Shown: one piece after another, positions 1 through 9,343 of the stretch
How positions within the stretch are numbered: the stretch's first letter is position 1
Layout of the letters: every line of letters starts with the position of its first letter
Assembly (NCBI GenBank): GCA_043719805.1
Contig: JAYSTI010000054.1
Location: forward strand, 1-52,294
Direction of reading: 5' to 3'
Length of the DNA stretch: 52,294 nt
Source: Candidatus Lloydbacteria bacterium
Lineage (GTDB): Bacteria; Patescibacteriota; Minisyncoccia; Phycocordibacterales; UBA6899
Notes under the pieces: generated by a model
Databases searched by the model: none
Told to the model about the DNA's origin: nothing
What the model saw: only the letters and a program-made list of their open reading frames with translations
Translations under genes and position numbers: made by a program

Positions 1-193
1 CCTAAGGTGTCCTCCAGCACGTGCGCACGGGGCGACAACCAGGGGGTCCTCGGATATACATCATGGAAGCCTGTGGGGCCTTAATTATTTGAAGGGTGAC
101 ATGTTCAAGAATGAATCTTGAGCCACCAACGCACTGTCGAAGATCATTACAGACACACCATATCACGTATGTTATCTTCTGTCAATAGGCTTT

Positions 194-320
194 GTGGGAC
201 TTTTAGAAATAGAGGAAATTCGCGGCGCGGGGAGGGCGGAAAGGAAGACTTATTCATATAAGTTGACCGAGTCGCTCTGGCCCCACAACAAAGAAGTTCG
301 CCATTTATGAAAGTTCCCAC
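194..320 (+). repeat. Dispersed structured element, family A, copy A1
   Basis: Outer arms GTGGGACTTT / AAAGTTCCCAC; core GAAATTCG...GGAAG-ACTTAT tcat ATAAGT-TGACCGAG...CAACAAAGAAGTTCGCC shared with other copies in the window. Confidence 0.75.
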
Positions 321-411
321 TCATCTTTTGGGGAAGAGTCTTATCTGTGGCATACTGATGAGTAAATTGGCTTTCGAAGTGATACGTGTCGCCAATTCCT
401 ATACTGAAGCT

Positions 412-439
412 AGCATAGCACAACCAATTTTTATGTCAA
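412..439 (-). promoter_or_regulatory. Sigma70-type promoter pointing out of the left edge
   Basis: Minus strand TTGACA-N16-TATGCT with TG extension; a second TTGACA-N17-TATGGT lies at about 157-185. Confidence 0.45.
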
Positions 440-520
440 CCCTATTTTAGGATTTTCACACTATTTTCTTTATTTGTAACGTATAATTCGACTACTGAGG
501 TAGTGCAGGTATAAAAAAAT

Positions 521-1540
521 ATGACAAAAAATCCATCGACGGACACAGACGACATTACTCTCCAGCACAAAGAAGCGTTGTTTTTGGACCAGAAGCTCCG
601 ACCGGAGCGCTGGGATGATTACATCGGACAAAGCCACATCAAACAGAACTTGGAAATTCTTCTTGCTGCGGCAAAGGAGCGTTCACACCCGCCGGAACAC
701 CTTCTTTTTTACGGGCCACCAGGACTTGGAAAGACTACACTCGCACATCTCATTGCAAAGGAAACAAAAGCGCAGATGAAAAGCACATCGGGCCCGGCAA
801 TAGAGAAAGTTGGCGATCTCGCGTCAATCCTCACAAACCTCAATCCCGGCGACATTCTTTTTATTGACGAAATCCATCGCTTGAACAAAATGGTCGAAGA
901 GGTGCTCTATCCCGCCATGGAGTCCGGTGTCCTCGACATCATCATCGGCAAAGGCCCGTCGGCACGAACAATTCAACTAGAGCTTCCGCCATTCACACTT
1001 ATCGCCGCAACAACACGCATTGCACTCCTCTCCGCGCCGCTTCGCTCGCGTTTCTCAGGTGGGGTCTTCCGTCTTGAATTTTATACTGAAGCGGAAATTG
1101 AGGAGATTGTCACCCGCTCGTCCAAAATCCTAGGGGTACCCCTGGAAAAGGGTGCGGGGCATGAGATAGCAATGCGTAGCCGCTTCACCCCGCGCACCGC
1201 AAATTATTTTTTGAAACGCGCACGCGATTTTGCACAAGTGAGCAAAACCTCACTCGACGAAACCGCAGTCAAAGAAGCACTGCGTCTCCTTGAGATAGAC
1301 GAGATTGGATTGGGCCAGCCCGACAGACACCTGCTCACTATCCTCATAGAAAAATTTGGCGGCCGTCCCGTTGGTCTTGGTACAATCGCCGCGGCGACAA
1401 GCGAAGAAGCCGCAACCATAGAAGAAGTCTATGAACCATATCTCCTTAAACTCGGACTCCTCGAACGCACCCCGCGCGGCAGAATCCCCACAAAAAAAGC
1501 ATATGAGCATCTCGGTTTCGATTATCCGGAAGCATTGTAG
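521..1540 (+). CDS. ruvB: Holliday junction branch migration helicase RuvB
   Basis: LRP..W.DYIGQ start, Walker A GPPGLGKTT, Walker B LFIDEIHR, VYEPYL...RTPRGR C-terminal motif. Confidence 0.97.
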   Translation: MTKNPSTDTDDITLQHKEALFLDQKLRPERWDDYIGQSHIKQNLEILLAAAKERSHPPEHLLFYGPPGLGKTTLAHLIAKETKAQMKSTSGPAIEKVGDLASILTNLNPGDILFIDEIHRLNKMVEEVLYPAMESGVLDIIIGKGPSARTIQLELPPFTLIAATTRIALLSAPLRSRFSGGVFRLEFYTEAEIEEIVTRSSKILGVPLEKGAGHEIAMRSRFTPRTANYFLKRARDFAQVSKTSLDETAVKEALRLLEIDEIGLGQPDRHLLTILIEKFGGRPVGLGTIAAATSEEAATIEEVYEPYLLKLGLLERTPRGRIPTKKAYEHLGFDYPEAL

Positions 1541-1575
1541 GAGAAGCTACTCTCGTAGTAGCTGAACCCTGACCG

Positions 1576-2331
1576 TTATTCGAGAAGAAACAGCATTCCG
1601 CTCAGGACAAAGGTGGCGACTATCAGTAGCGCTCTCTTTTTGTGTCGCTCGATGTAATGGATGAGCTTTAGTCCAACATATCCGATCAGTACATAAACAG
1701 GAAGAATCGCCACGGAGGATACGTGGGCAAGATCGCCGGGGAGATAGTAGAAAATGTTTGCGGAAAAAAGCAGCACCGAAAGAATATTTATGAGCGTTTC
1801 CATAATGATCACGTCTATTCCCATGATCATCGCGATGGTACTATCGGAGAACTCGCTGTTACCGCGCGACGCAAGAACTTCATGAAAACAATAAAAATGA
1901 AATCCGTACGTTGGCCAAAGCACCATCATGATGAGTGAGGTATACCCATGATGTATCGGCGCAACATGATACAGAAATATTGGATTTCCAAAGACTAACG
2001 CCGCAATGGTATTAATGACCACTTCACCAAGTGGCGCAACAAGCCCTGCAACACTCATATAGACTAGCGCTTTGGGAAGATTGATATGGACGAATCTGCG
2101 TGCAATCAGAGAATTAAAAAGATATATCAGCACCGCAAAAAATAGGCCAAAAAATAAGAAAAATATGATAAAAGGAATGCCCGCATCATCACTCCCAAGT
2201 TTTGAAGAAAAAGAATCTTTACTGATGACCCCTGCTCGTTCGAGTAAAGTAATAAGTCCTAAAATCCCAACATAAAGCAGCCCGACATATCCTAAAATTC
2301 GCAGTTTGAGTATCCGGTCCGCTTTCTTCAT
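1576..2331 (-). CDS. Multi-pass membrane protein, unknown function
   Basis: 251 aa from MKKADR, about 7 hydrophobic segments; TATACT 6 nt upstream of the ATG at 2331. Confidence 0.7.
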   Translation of the reverse strand: MKKADRILKLRILGYVGLLYVGILGLITLLERAGVISKDSFSSKLGSDDAGIPFIIFFLFFGLFFAVLIYLFNSLIARRFVHINLPKALVYMSVAGLVAPLGEVVINTIAALVFGNPIFLYHVAPIHHGYTSLIMMVLWPTYGFHFYCFHEVLASRGNSEFSDSTIAMIMGIDVIIMETLINILSVLLFSANIFYYLPGDLAHVSSVAILPVYVLIGYVGLKLIHYIERHKKRALLIVATFVLSGMLFLLE

Positions 2332-2413
2332 AGTATTAGTATACCAATTTGCCCTGAATCTCATCTTTGGGTAATATCAAATTATTAGAAGGTGGGTTAA
2401 ATACTCTCTCAAT

Positions 2414-2947
2414 ATGTCAGGTCACAGTAAATGGGCACAGATCAAAAGGCAAAAAGGTGCGGAGGACGCAAAAAAATCGAAAGTGTTCGGCAAGCTCGGA
2501 AGTCTTATTGCAACCGAATCGCGCAAAGCCGCAGGTGACACAAATTCCCCAGGGCTCCGCATGCTCATCGAGAAGGCAAAAAAGGAAAATATGCCAAAAG
2601 ACACCATCGAACGTGCCATCAAAAAGGGTGCGGGTGGCGAAGTGGAGGTCATGGAATCCCTTACCTACGAAGGATACGGGCCCGGAGGTTGTGCGCTCAT
2701 CATTGAAGCGTTCACCAGCAATCGCAATAAAGCCGCACAGGAGATTAAGCATATCCTTACAAGAAGCGGCGGCTCACTTGCTACACAAGGCGCAGCCGCG
2801 TGGGCATTCACAAAGTCTGAGGAGGAAGGATGGGTGGCAAACTCCACCATTCCCCTCTCTGATGAAGATGGCGCAGTGCTTTCGACCATCATCGAAGATC
2901 TCGAGGGGAACGACGAAGTGCAGGAAGTTTTCACTAACGCTGATTAG
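2414..2947 (+). CDS. yebC: YebC/PmpR (TACO1) family protein, short form
   Basis: MSGHSKWAQIKRQK N-terminus, YEGYGPGG, DEVQEVFTN end; 177 aa. Confidence 0.93.
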   Translation: MSGHSKWAQIKRQKGAEDAKKSKVFGKLGSLIATESRKAAGDTNSPGLRMLIEKAKKENMPKDTIERAIKKGAGGEVEVMESLTYEGYGPGGCALIIEAFTSNRNKAAQEIKHILTRSGGSLATQGAAAWAFTKSEEEGWVANSTIPLSDEDGAVLSTIIEDLEGNDEVQEVFTNAD

Positions 2948-2970
2948 TTTTGGGATGTTACAATTTGAAA

Positions 2971-3459
2971 ATGAAAGTACTCGCTATTGACCCTGGGTTT
3001 GGCCGCTGCGGAGTTGCAGTACTCGACGGCAGTAGCACAGCCGCCACACTGCTCTACTCGGCTTGTATCGAGACGGATAAAAAAGACAGCTTCCCCGACC
3101 GACTCCTTGCAGTCGCAAACGAAATCCTGCGCATCATTGATGCCTATGCACCGGAAACAATGTCCATTGAAGAAATATACTTTACTAACAATGCAAAGAC
3201 CGCCATCAACGTGGCCGAAATTCGCGGCATGCTTATCTACCTCGCAACATCACGCAGTATCCCATTGGTCGAATTCAATCCCCTTGCAGTGAAAATCGCC
3301 ATCACCGGCTACGGCCGTGCGACCAAAGAACAAGTCACCATGATGGTCGAAAAACTCGTCACCGTCCCGAAGCGAAAGATGCTCGACGATGAATACGACG
3401 CCATAGCACTCGGTCTCACCACCCTCGCCCACGCAAGGCACAATCAATCGCGTCAGTAG
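2971..3459 (+). CDS. ruvC: Holliday junction resolvase RuvC
   Basis: LAIDPG, IEE, VKIAITGYGRATKEQV, DDEYDAIALG; start moved to MKVLAID. Confidence 0.95.
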   Translation: MKVLAIDPGFGRCGVAVLDGSSTAATLLYSACIETDKKDSFPDRLLAVANEILRIIDAYAPETMSIEEIYFTNNAKTAINVAEIRGMLIYLATSRSIPLVEFNPLAVKIAITGYGRATKEQVTMMVEKLVTVPKRKMLDDEYDAIALGLTTLAHARHNQSRQ

Positions 3460-3514
3460 TCATTTTTGTCCCTACTGCTTATGCTGCCTATCCACCTCCA
3501 GAATCTTATTGTGC

Positions 3515-4054
3515 TTATCCTTTCACTGTGTCTGGAATTGCAGATACAGTAGATTTTGAAATCTGCGTATCAACAACAACACCCAAAAGGGCTCCTACTA
3601 TCAAAGAGGGAACCAGCCACTTGAGAGATGGATGGGTGGCTTCGACATGTTTCTCTGAAACCCTCAATGTGCGAAATAAAAAATAGGAGAGTGCCAGCTG
3701 AGGGAGAACAGTGAGAGCAATCATCAATCCCTGTATCTCCCACCATTCGATTCCCGTTGAATCATTAATTACCTCGGTAAATATTAAATTAAACACAACA
3801 CCTGCCATTGCAAAAAAGAAAACTGATGACAGCAGCACGCTATCCCATAAATTTCTCCTAATTAGAAAACCCAAAATTACAGTTACCACAAAGAGAGGGA
3901 GGGCAGGAGTCCCGTACCACAATACTCCAGACCCAACTAAACCAAAAATCCCCATAACTGCGTAAAACAATAGCCCAGCATAACAACTACGTTTCAATGT
4001 GCTGGTAATTGATATTTGACGATATGACTGTTTGCGAAGAAATAAAATTAACAC
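3515..4054 (-). CDS. Membrane protein, possibly 5'-disrupted
   Basis: About 5 hydrophobic segments, AT-rich; no in-frame ATG before a TGA at 4106-4108. Confidence 0.45.
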   Translation of the reverse strand: MLILFLRKQSYRQISITSTLKRSCYAGLLFYAVMGIFGLVGSGVLWYGTPALPLFVVTVILGFLIRRNLWDSVLLSSVFFFAMAGVVFNLIFTEVINDSTGIEWWEIQGLMIALTVLPQLALSYFLFRTLRVSEKHVEATHPSLKWLVPSLIVGALLGVVVDTQISKSTVSAIPDTVKG

Positions 4055-4310
4055 AAAAACAACTGCAGTAGTGAATATATATCGGATAAATCTGCAGAGA
4101 TGGAATCATTCATTCATCTTACACAAAAAATTCTGAAACAATATTAAAATATCCGGAGCTAACTGAAGGCGTTTTAACTCAAGCTTCCTCCCAAGCGAGA
4201 GCTTACCACTTCCAAATGGCTTCTTGACGGGCAATTTGTTGACTTGCCGTTTGCCGTGACAATGCACCGAGAAATGTCTGCTGGCCACAGGAACTCCAAC
4301 CTGCAGAGCG

Positions 4311-4445
4311 AGGGTTGATGCTTTGAGAAACCGCCTCGGAGAAGGAAAAGCATGGTTCCCGACTTCTGGGGCGGGATTTTCCTTCGAGAGAGAGTGCGGT
4401 CGCCCGCTGGGGCGACCGACATGAGTTTCTCAAAGCATCAACCCT
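4311..4445 (+). repeat. Structured element, family B, copy B1, 21-bp perfect terminal inverted repeats
   Basis: AGGGTTGATGCTTTGAGAAAC (4311-4331) / GTTTCTCAAAGCATCAACCCT (4425-4445); inner hairpins GAAGGAAAA/TTTTCCTTC and CGGTCGCCC-gctg-GGGCGACCG. Confidence 0.75.
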
Positions 4446-4454
4446 AGCGGAGTC

Positions 4455-4463
4455 TTATCCACA
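4455..4463 (+). promoter_or_regulatory. Isolated perfect DnaA box
   Basis: TTATCCACA. Confidence 0.55.
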
Positions 4464-4585
4464 GCTTTCTTGCCCCCTCTTGCCGAAAAAGCGGGAATTA
4501 TGGTACAAAATGGAAAGTATCCTTTCTCCTCATTCAGCAAGGATATGGTCGGATTACGAACAAGTTAAATGTATATAATCTAATC

Positions 4586-4741
4586 ATGAGTGATGATTTT
4601 CTCGCAGGAGGTATTATTCCCAGTGACGACGTGCCAGCAGATGACCCCAACGCTATCGGTAGCGATGCGTTCCTCGATGAGCTCGATGCGCCTCTCGGAA
4701 TCCTCGTAGATGAGGACGACGAAATGCCTGAGGATGAATAG
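4586..4741 (+). CDS. Small highly acidic protein (51 aa)
   Basis: MSDDFLAGGIIPSDDVPADDPNAIGSDAFLDELDAPLGILVDEDDEMPEDE; TATAAT 6 nt upstream of ATG; terminator immediately downstream; below ORF-track cutoff. Confidence 0.65.
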   Translation: MSDDFLAGGIIPSDDVPADDPNAIGSDAFLDELDAPLGILVDEDDEMPEDE

Positions 4742-4744
4742 TTA

Positions 4745-4776
4745 ATAAAATCGCCCTTGTCAGGGCGATTTTATTA
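4745..4776. terminator. Bidirectional intrinsic terminator
   Basis: AATAAAATCGCCCT-tgtc-AGGGCGATTTTATT between convergent stops. Confidence 0.8.
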
Positions 4777-6222
4777 ATTTACATCGAAGGAAACGAACCT
4801 GTGCTTCCCTATCTTCAGCACGATAGGTTCGCTAATTTGAATTTGAGGATCAGTGAGTTTTTCCTCTCCATTCTTTCTGATTGCCCCGTCAGTCAGCAGT
4901 CTGCGAAAGTCGGTTTTTGATTCTACTATCTTCTCCGCGAGCAGCGCATCAATAAGTAGTGTGCCTTTTGCAACTTTCACGACGGGAATATTATCCGGAA
5001 TTTCTTTTTTCTGAAAGGTATTCACAAAATGTTCTCGTGCACTCTTTCCTGCGTCCGCTCCGTGGTAGATATTCACGACCTGTTCTGCGAGATCCATCTT
5101 CACTTCCTTCGGATGTAATTTTCCGGCGGCAAGTTTCTTTTCAATCTCTTTGACCTCACTCACGGGAGTGTACGTGCAAAGTTCAAAGTATTTTGGCAAA
5201 ACACTGTCGGGAATACTCATCAACTTTCCAAACATATCATTAGGCTCGTCGGTAATACCGACATAATTGTCGAGTGACTTCGACATTTTTTCTTTTCCGT
5301 CGACCCCAACCAAAAGCTCAAAGGCAAGTACCGCCTGAGGTGCCTTATTGGTCATCTCCATCACCTTTCTACCAATAAGCATATTGAATGTTTGGTCTGT
5401 TCCGCCAACCTCAAGGTCGCACGAACCGTATATCTGGGCCAACACGTCAGAATCAATTCCCTGCATGACCGGATAGAGCATTTCGTGCATGAAAAGCGGC
5501 TCGTTACTTTTTATACGATCTTGAAACATGTCCCGCTCAATCAACTGAGCAAGAGAAATCTTCCGAAGTACTGCGAGCATGTTCACCAATGAAACACTGT
5601 GTATCGCAGTTCCTGAAAGAAAAGATTTCTGCATGCGCGTGTTCTCGTAAACAACTGCCTTCGAAACGAACGAGTTTGCGGCTATGGGAATATTGAATTT
5701 TTTGCCGTCTATCTCCGCCGTAAGCGCACTCTGGCTCGCTCCCTCTGGAGTAATATCAGTGACCCCATAGAACCAATCAGAATTGCGCATCCAACTAAAA
5801 AGTTTCCCGTCTTTCATTGCCCCGGTGCCGTCTCGCTCAACAAGAAGCACTTTGTCGACTTGTTCGAGATAAGTTTGCATATTTTCATTGATAGCAACCT
5901 GGTCTAACTCCGGTCGTACTTTGCTTTTCCCGGTAGGGTCACCAATGAGCGCGGTAAAATCTCCTATCAAAAAAATGACCTTTACCCCCAAATCCTGCAT
6001 TTGACGGAGTTTGCGCAATACCACCGCATGCCCGAGGTGAATATCCGGACGCGTTGGATCAACGCCAAATTTCACAATGACCTCTTCCTTGTTCGTTCCC
6101 GTCGCTTTCGCAATGAGCTTTTTGCGGAATTTTCCGTCCGGGTCGGCAAAAGTGCCCACCCCACGCGAAAGAATATCATCGACAAGTGCTTCAATATCAG
6201 CAATATTGTATATCTTTTCCAT
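4774..6222 (-). CDS. tyrS: Tyrosine-tRNA ligase with an internal insertion
   Basis: GVDPTRPDIHLGH (HIGH), YPVMQGID, GGTDQTFN, KMSKS, C-terminal S4-like domain; start set at MEKIY. Confidence 0.95.
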   Translation of the reverse strand: MEKIYNIADIEALVDDILSRGVGTFADPDGKFRKKLIAKATGTNKEEVIVKFGVDPTRPDIHLGHAVVLRKLRQMQDLGVKVIFLIGDFTALIGDPTGKSKVRPELDQVAINENMQTYLEQVDKVLLVERDGTGAMKDGKLFSWMRNSDWFYGVTDITPEGASQSALTAEIDGKKFNIPIAANSFVSKAVVYENTRMQKSFLSGTAIHSVSLVNMLAVLRKISLAQLIERDMFQDRIKSNEPLFMHEMLYPVMQGIDSDVLAQIYGSCDLEVGGTDQTFNMLIGRKVMEMTNKAPQAVLAFELLVGVDGKEKMSKSLDNYVGITDEPNDMFGKLMSIPDSVLPKYFELCTYTPVSEVKEIEKKLAAGKLHPKEVKMDLAEQVVNIYHGADAGKSAREHFVNTFQKKEIPDNIPVVKVAKGTLLIDALLAEKIVESKTDFRRLLTDGAIRKNGEEKLTDPQIQISEPIVLKIGKHRFVSFDVN

Positions 6223-6414
6223 GAAACAAATCCTAACACGGAGCTCCTCCTTTGTCTTTTGCACCCCCATTTTATGATAAACTGTATAGGCTTGCATGTT
6301 TAGTGGATTTCCTTGTACTTCACTTTTTTGCTTCCACGCTGTAGATTGCTACAGCTTGACCGCGAGCTCGGGTGCGCACCATAAATTTCATCAAAACAGA
6401 CAAATTCCAGAGAT

Positions 6415-8946
6415 ATGTTAAAAAAACGCCGTAAAACAAAAAATAGATTCTTGTATTGGCTCCAAGTAGCCACCATTACCGTACTTATTGGAGGTGTTTT
6501 TTTGGTCAGTGCTTTTCTCATCTGGGCCGCCACCATTGAAATTCCCGATTTTAGCCTTTTCGAATCACGAAAAGTCTCTCAATCGACAAAAATGTACGAC
6601 CGCACCGGAAAAATACTCCTTTACGACGTCCATAAGGACATTCGCCGTACCATTGTCCCCTTCGAGCAAATAAGTCCTTTTGTGAAAAATGCGAGTGTCG
6701 CCATCGAAGATGAGCAATTCTACCAACACACCGGGATACAACTTAAAGCAATACTACGTGCGGTTTTGGTCAATCTTCATCTACGCGAGGGATATCTCGG
6801 ACAAGGAGGCTCGACCATCACACAGCAAGTAATAAAGAATGCGCTACTCACGAACGAGCGCACTATTACACGTAAAATCAAAGAGTGGATATTGGCAATC
6901 AAACTCGAACGAAACCTGAACAAAGAGCAGATACTTACCCTCTACTTGAACGAGGCGCCTTATGGAGGAAATATTTACGGGGTGGAAGAGGCAAGTATGT
7001 CTTTCTTTGGAAAACGCGCAAGTGAAATCACTCTTGCAGAATCGGCGTACCTCGCTGCACTTCCGCAATCGCCGACACGTTACTCACCTTACGGAAATAA
7101 TATCGCTCTCCTCGAGGCACGGAAAGAAATAGTTCTTAAAAAAATGAAAGAACTAGAAATGGTTTCTTCTCAGGAATATGATGAAGCCGTCGCCGAGAAA
7201 GTGAGGTTCGTTCCTCAGCAAGAGCGCGGTATCCGCGCGCCGCATTTCGTCATGTTTGTAAAAGAAAAACTTGTCGAGATGTACGGAGAAGAAGCACTCA
7301 ATGAAGATGGTCTTCGTGTCATCACTACAATCGACATGGACCTCCAATCGAAAGCCGAAGAAATCGTAAAGAAACACGCAGATGAAAATGCGAAAGCGTT
7401 CAATGCAAAAAACGCTGCATTGATTGCAATAGACCCAAAAAACGGACAGATACTTATCATGGTCGGTTCACGAGACTATTTCGATATTGCTCGGGAAGGA
7501 AATTTTAATATTACATTAGCAAAACGACAGCCGGGTTCCGCCTTTAAACCATTCGTTTATGGCGCAGGGTTCGAAGTGGGCTTTACTCCGGACACCGTAC
7601 TCTTCGATGTTCCAACTCAGTTTTCAACACGTTGTGATGCTGACGGAAAACCCCTGTATGGAACAGATGATTCTGTCTGCTACATGCCGGAAAATTATGA
7701 CCACCAATACCGCGGGCCAACGTCCGTGCGTAATGCACTCGCTCAGTCGATAAACGTTCCGGCGGTAAAAATGCTTTATCTTGTCGGACTTGACCGAGCT
7801 ATCGATTTTGCCGAACGACTTGGTGTCACTTCACTTGTCGAAAAAGAACGCTATGGACTAACACTTGTACTTGGAGGAGGTGAGGTTTCGCTTCTGGAAA
7901 TGACAAGTGCCTATGGTGTATTCGCCAATGACGGCAACAGGGCTCCGTATACGGGTATTTTACGCATCGAGGACACCTCAGGTAAAATTGTTCTCGAATA
8001 TGCAACAAGCACTACTCAAGTCATTGATCCGGAAATAGCGAGAAAAATTTCAGATGTTCTCTCCGACAATACTGCTCGTACGCCGGCATTTGGATCACAA
8101 TCATTTCTCAATTTTCCCGACCATCAGGTAGCAGTAAAAACCGGTACTACCAATGACTATCGCGATGCATGGATCATCGGGTACACGCCGTCGCTTGTTG
8201 TTGGTGCATGGGCGGGAAACAACGACAATACACCTATGGAGAAAAAGGTTGCGGGTTTCATTATTGCTCCGCTGTGGAATGATTTCTTCAATGAAGCATT
8301 CAAAAAAATTCCTGATGAAAAATTCCCTACCCCACAACCTATTTCAGACAGACTGAAACCTGCATTGAGAGGACTCTGGTACGGAGGTGACGTATATAAG
8401 ATAGACAAAGTATCAGGAAAATTCGCAACTGAGTTCACCCCTAGCGATTCCATTGGGGAGCGCGTTATCCCAAATCCGCACGATGTATTATATTGGGTAA
8501 ACAGAAGCGACCCAACGGGGCCCGCTCCGGTTAACCCATATGAAGATTCTCAATTTTTATTGTGGGAAATACCCGCTCAGCGATGGATTGCCGCAAATGG
8601 TTTACCGGTAGCTGCGTGGGCACCTGTACCAAGTGGATTCGACGATATCCACAGACCGGAATTTACACCAGTCATTGTTGTCATTGAACCTAATGCATCC
8701 ACTACATACGCACGTGATCAAAAAATTGTTGTTGAAACACAGATTACCGCACCAAACACTATTGAAAGGGTTGATTTTTCCATCAATGGATCATATCTCG
8801 GAACAACAAAAAATGCCCCCTATTCATTTTCCTTCGTTCCCAATGACATTCCACTCACCGGTGCACAAAATGAACTTCGCGTTGTCGCATACGATGTGTT
8901 CGGAAACAAAGCTGAACAAACGATTCAATTTTCAATATTTCCGTAA
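6415..8946 (+). CDS. Class A penicillin-binding protein (transglycosylase/transpeptidase) with C-terminal Ig-like domain
   Basis: N-terminal TM, EDEQFYQH, GGSTITQQ, RKIKE; SAFK, SIN and KTG motifs; beta-rich C-terminal module. Confidence 0.93.
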   Translation: MLKKRRKTKNRFLYWLQVATITVLIGGVFLVSAFLIWAATIEIPDFSLFESRKVSQSTKMYDRTGKILLYDVHKDIRRTIVPFEQISPFVKNASVAIEDEQFYQHTGIQLKAILRAVLVNLHLREGYLGQGGSTITQQVIKNALLTNERTITRKIKEWILAIKLERNLNKEQILTLYLNEAPYGGNIYGVEEASMSFFGKRASEITLAESAYLAALPQSPTRYSPYGNNIALLEARKEIVLKKMKELEMVSSQEYDEAVAEKVRFVPQQERGIRAPHFVMFVKEKLVEMYGEEALNEDGLRVITTIDMDLQSKAEEIVKKHADENAKAFNAKNAALIAIDPKNGQILIMVGSRDYFDIAREGNFNITLAKRQPGSAFKPFVYGAGFEVGFTPDTVLFDVPTQFSTRCDADGKPLYGTDDSVCYMPENYDHQYRGPTSVRNALAQSINVPAVKMLYLVGLDRAIDFAERLGVTSLVEKERYGLTLVLGGGEVSLLEMTSAYGVFANDGNRAPYTGILRIEDTSGKIVLEYATSTTQVIDPEIARKISDVLSDNTARTPAFGSQSFLNFPDHQVAVKTGTTNDYRDAWIIGYTPSLVVGAWAGNNDNTPMEKKVAGFIIAPLWNDFFNEAFKKIPDEKFPTPQPISDRLKPALRGLWYGGDVYKIDKVSGKFATEFTPSDSIGERVIPNPHDVLYWVNRSDPTGPAPVNPYEDSQFLLWEIPAQRWIAANGLPVAAWAPVPSGFDDIHRPEFTPVIVVIEPNASTTYARDQKIVVETQITAPNTIERVDFSINGSYLGTTKNAPYSFSFVPNDIPLTGAQNELRVVAYDVFGNKAEQTIQFSIFP

Positions 8947-8950
8947 TAAT

Positions 8951-9211
8951 TTACGATATATCAATAATATCTCCCCTACCGCTTTCCCTAATCTGTTTAA
9001 TTATTTGTGCTTTGTGGAGAAATAATTCATTTTTTACAACCGCAGACGCTTTTATTGTAATCACTCCTTTTACAATAGTCATTGTCTTTTCATCTAACAG
9101 GATTCCTGTCTCGCTATTTATGATATTCAGTAGCGCATCACGCTTATCATCTTCATGAGACAATTTTTTTTTATATTTTTCGAGATATTCTTTTATACTA
9201 AATAACTGCAT
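8951..9211 (-). CDS. DciA/DUF721-like small protein (putative replicative helicase loader)
   Basis: GVITIKASAVVKNELFLHKAQIIKQI resembles the DciA core; directly downstream of dnaN. Confidence 0.5.
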   Translation of the reverse strand: MQLFSIKEYLEKYKKKLSHEDDKRDALLNIINSETGILLDEKTMTIVKGVITIKASAVVKNELFLHKAQIIKQIRESGRGDIIDIS

Positions 9212-9218
9212 AGTATTT

Positions 9219-9343
9219 AAAAATCAATTAAATAAATCTATATGCGAGGCGTGGGGAAAGTGAAGAAGAAGACATATTCTTATATGGCGACTGATTCACA
9301 GGGTCCCCACAACAAAGCAGATAGTTTTATTTTATTGATTTTT
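9219..9343 (+). repeat. Family A element, copy A2
   Basis: Arms AAAAATCAAT / ATTGATTTTT; TGCGAGGCGTGGGGAAAG...GAAGA-CATAT tctt ATATG-GCGAC...CCCCACAACAAAGCAG; fills the dnaN-downstream gap. Confidence 0.75.

Noticed and set aside
355-400. CTGATGA suggesting a second hammerhead
   Set aside because: No stem II closed before a GAAA and no matching stems I/III.
4106-4108. TGA read-through implying genetic code 25 or 4
   Set aside because: rnpA ends in TGA overlapping the yidD ATG and no conserved gene shows internal TGA; code 11 fits.
6302-6410. Possible degenerate family A copy between tyrS and the PBP gene
   Set aside because: Has GATGAAATT and a GCTGTAG/CTACAGC hairpin on minus, but outer arms and 3' motif are too weak to call.
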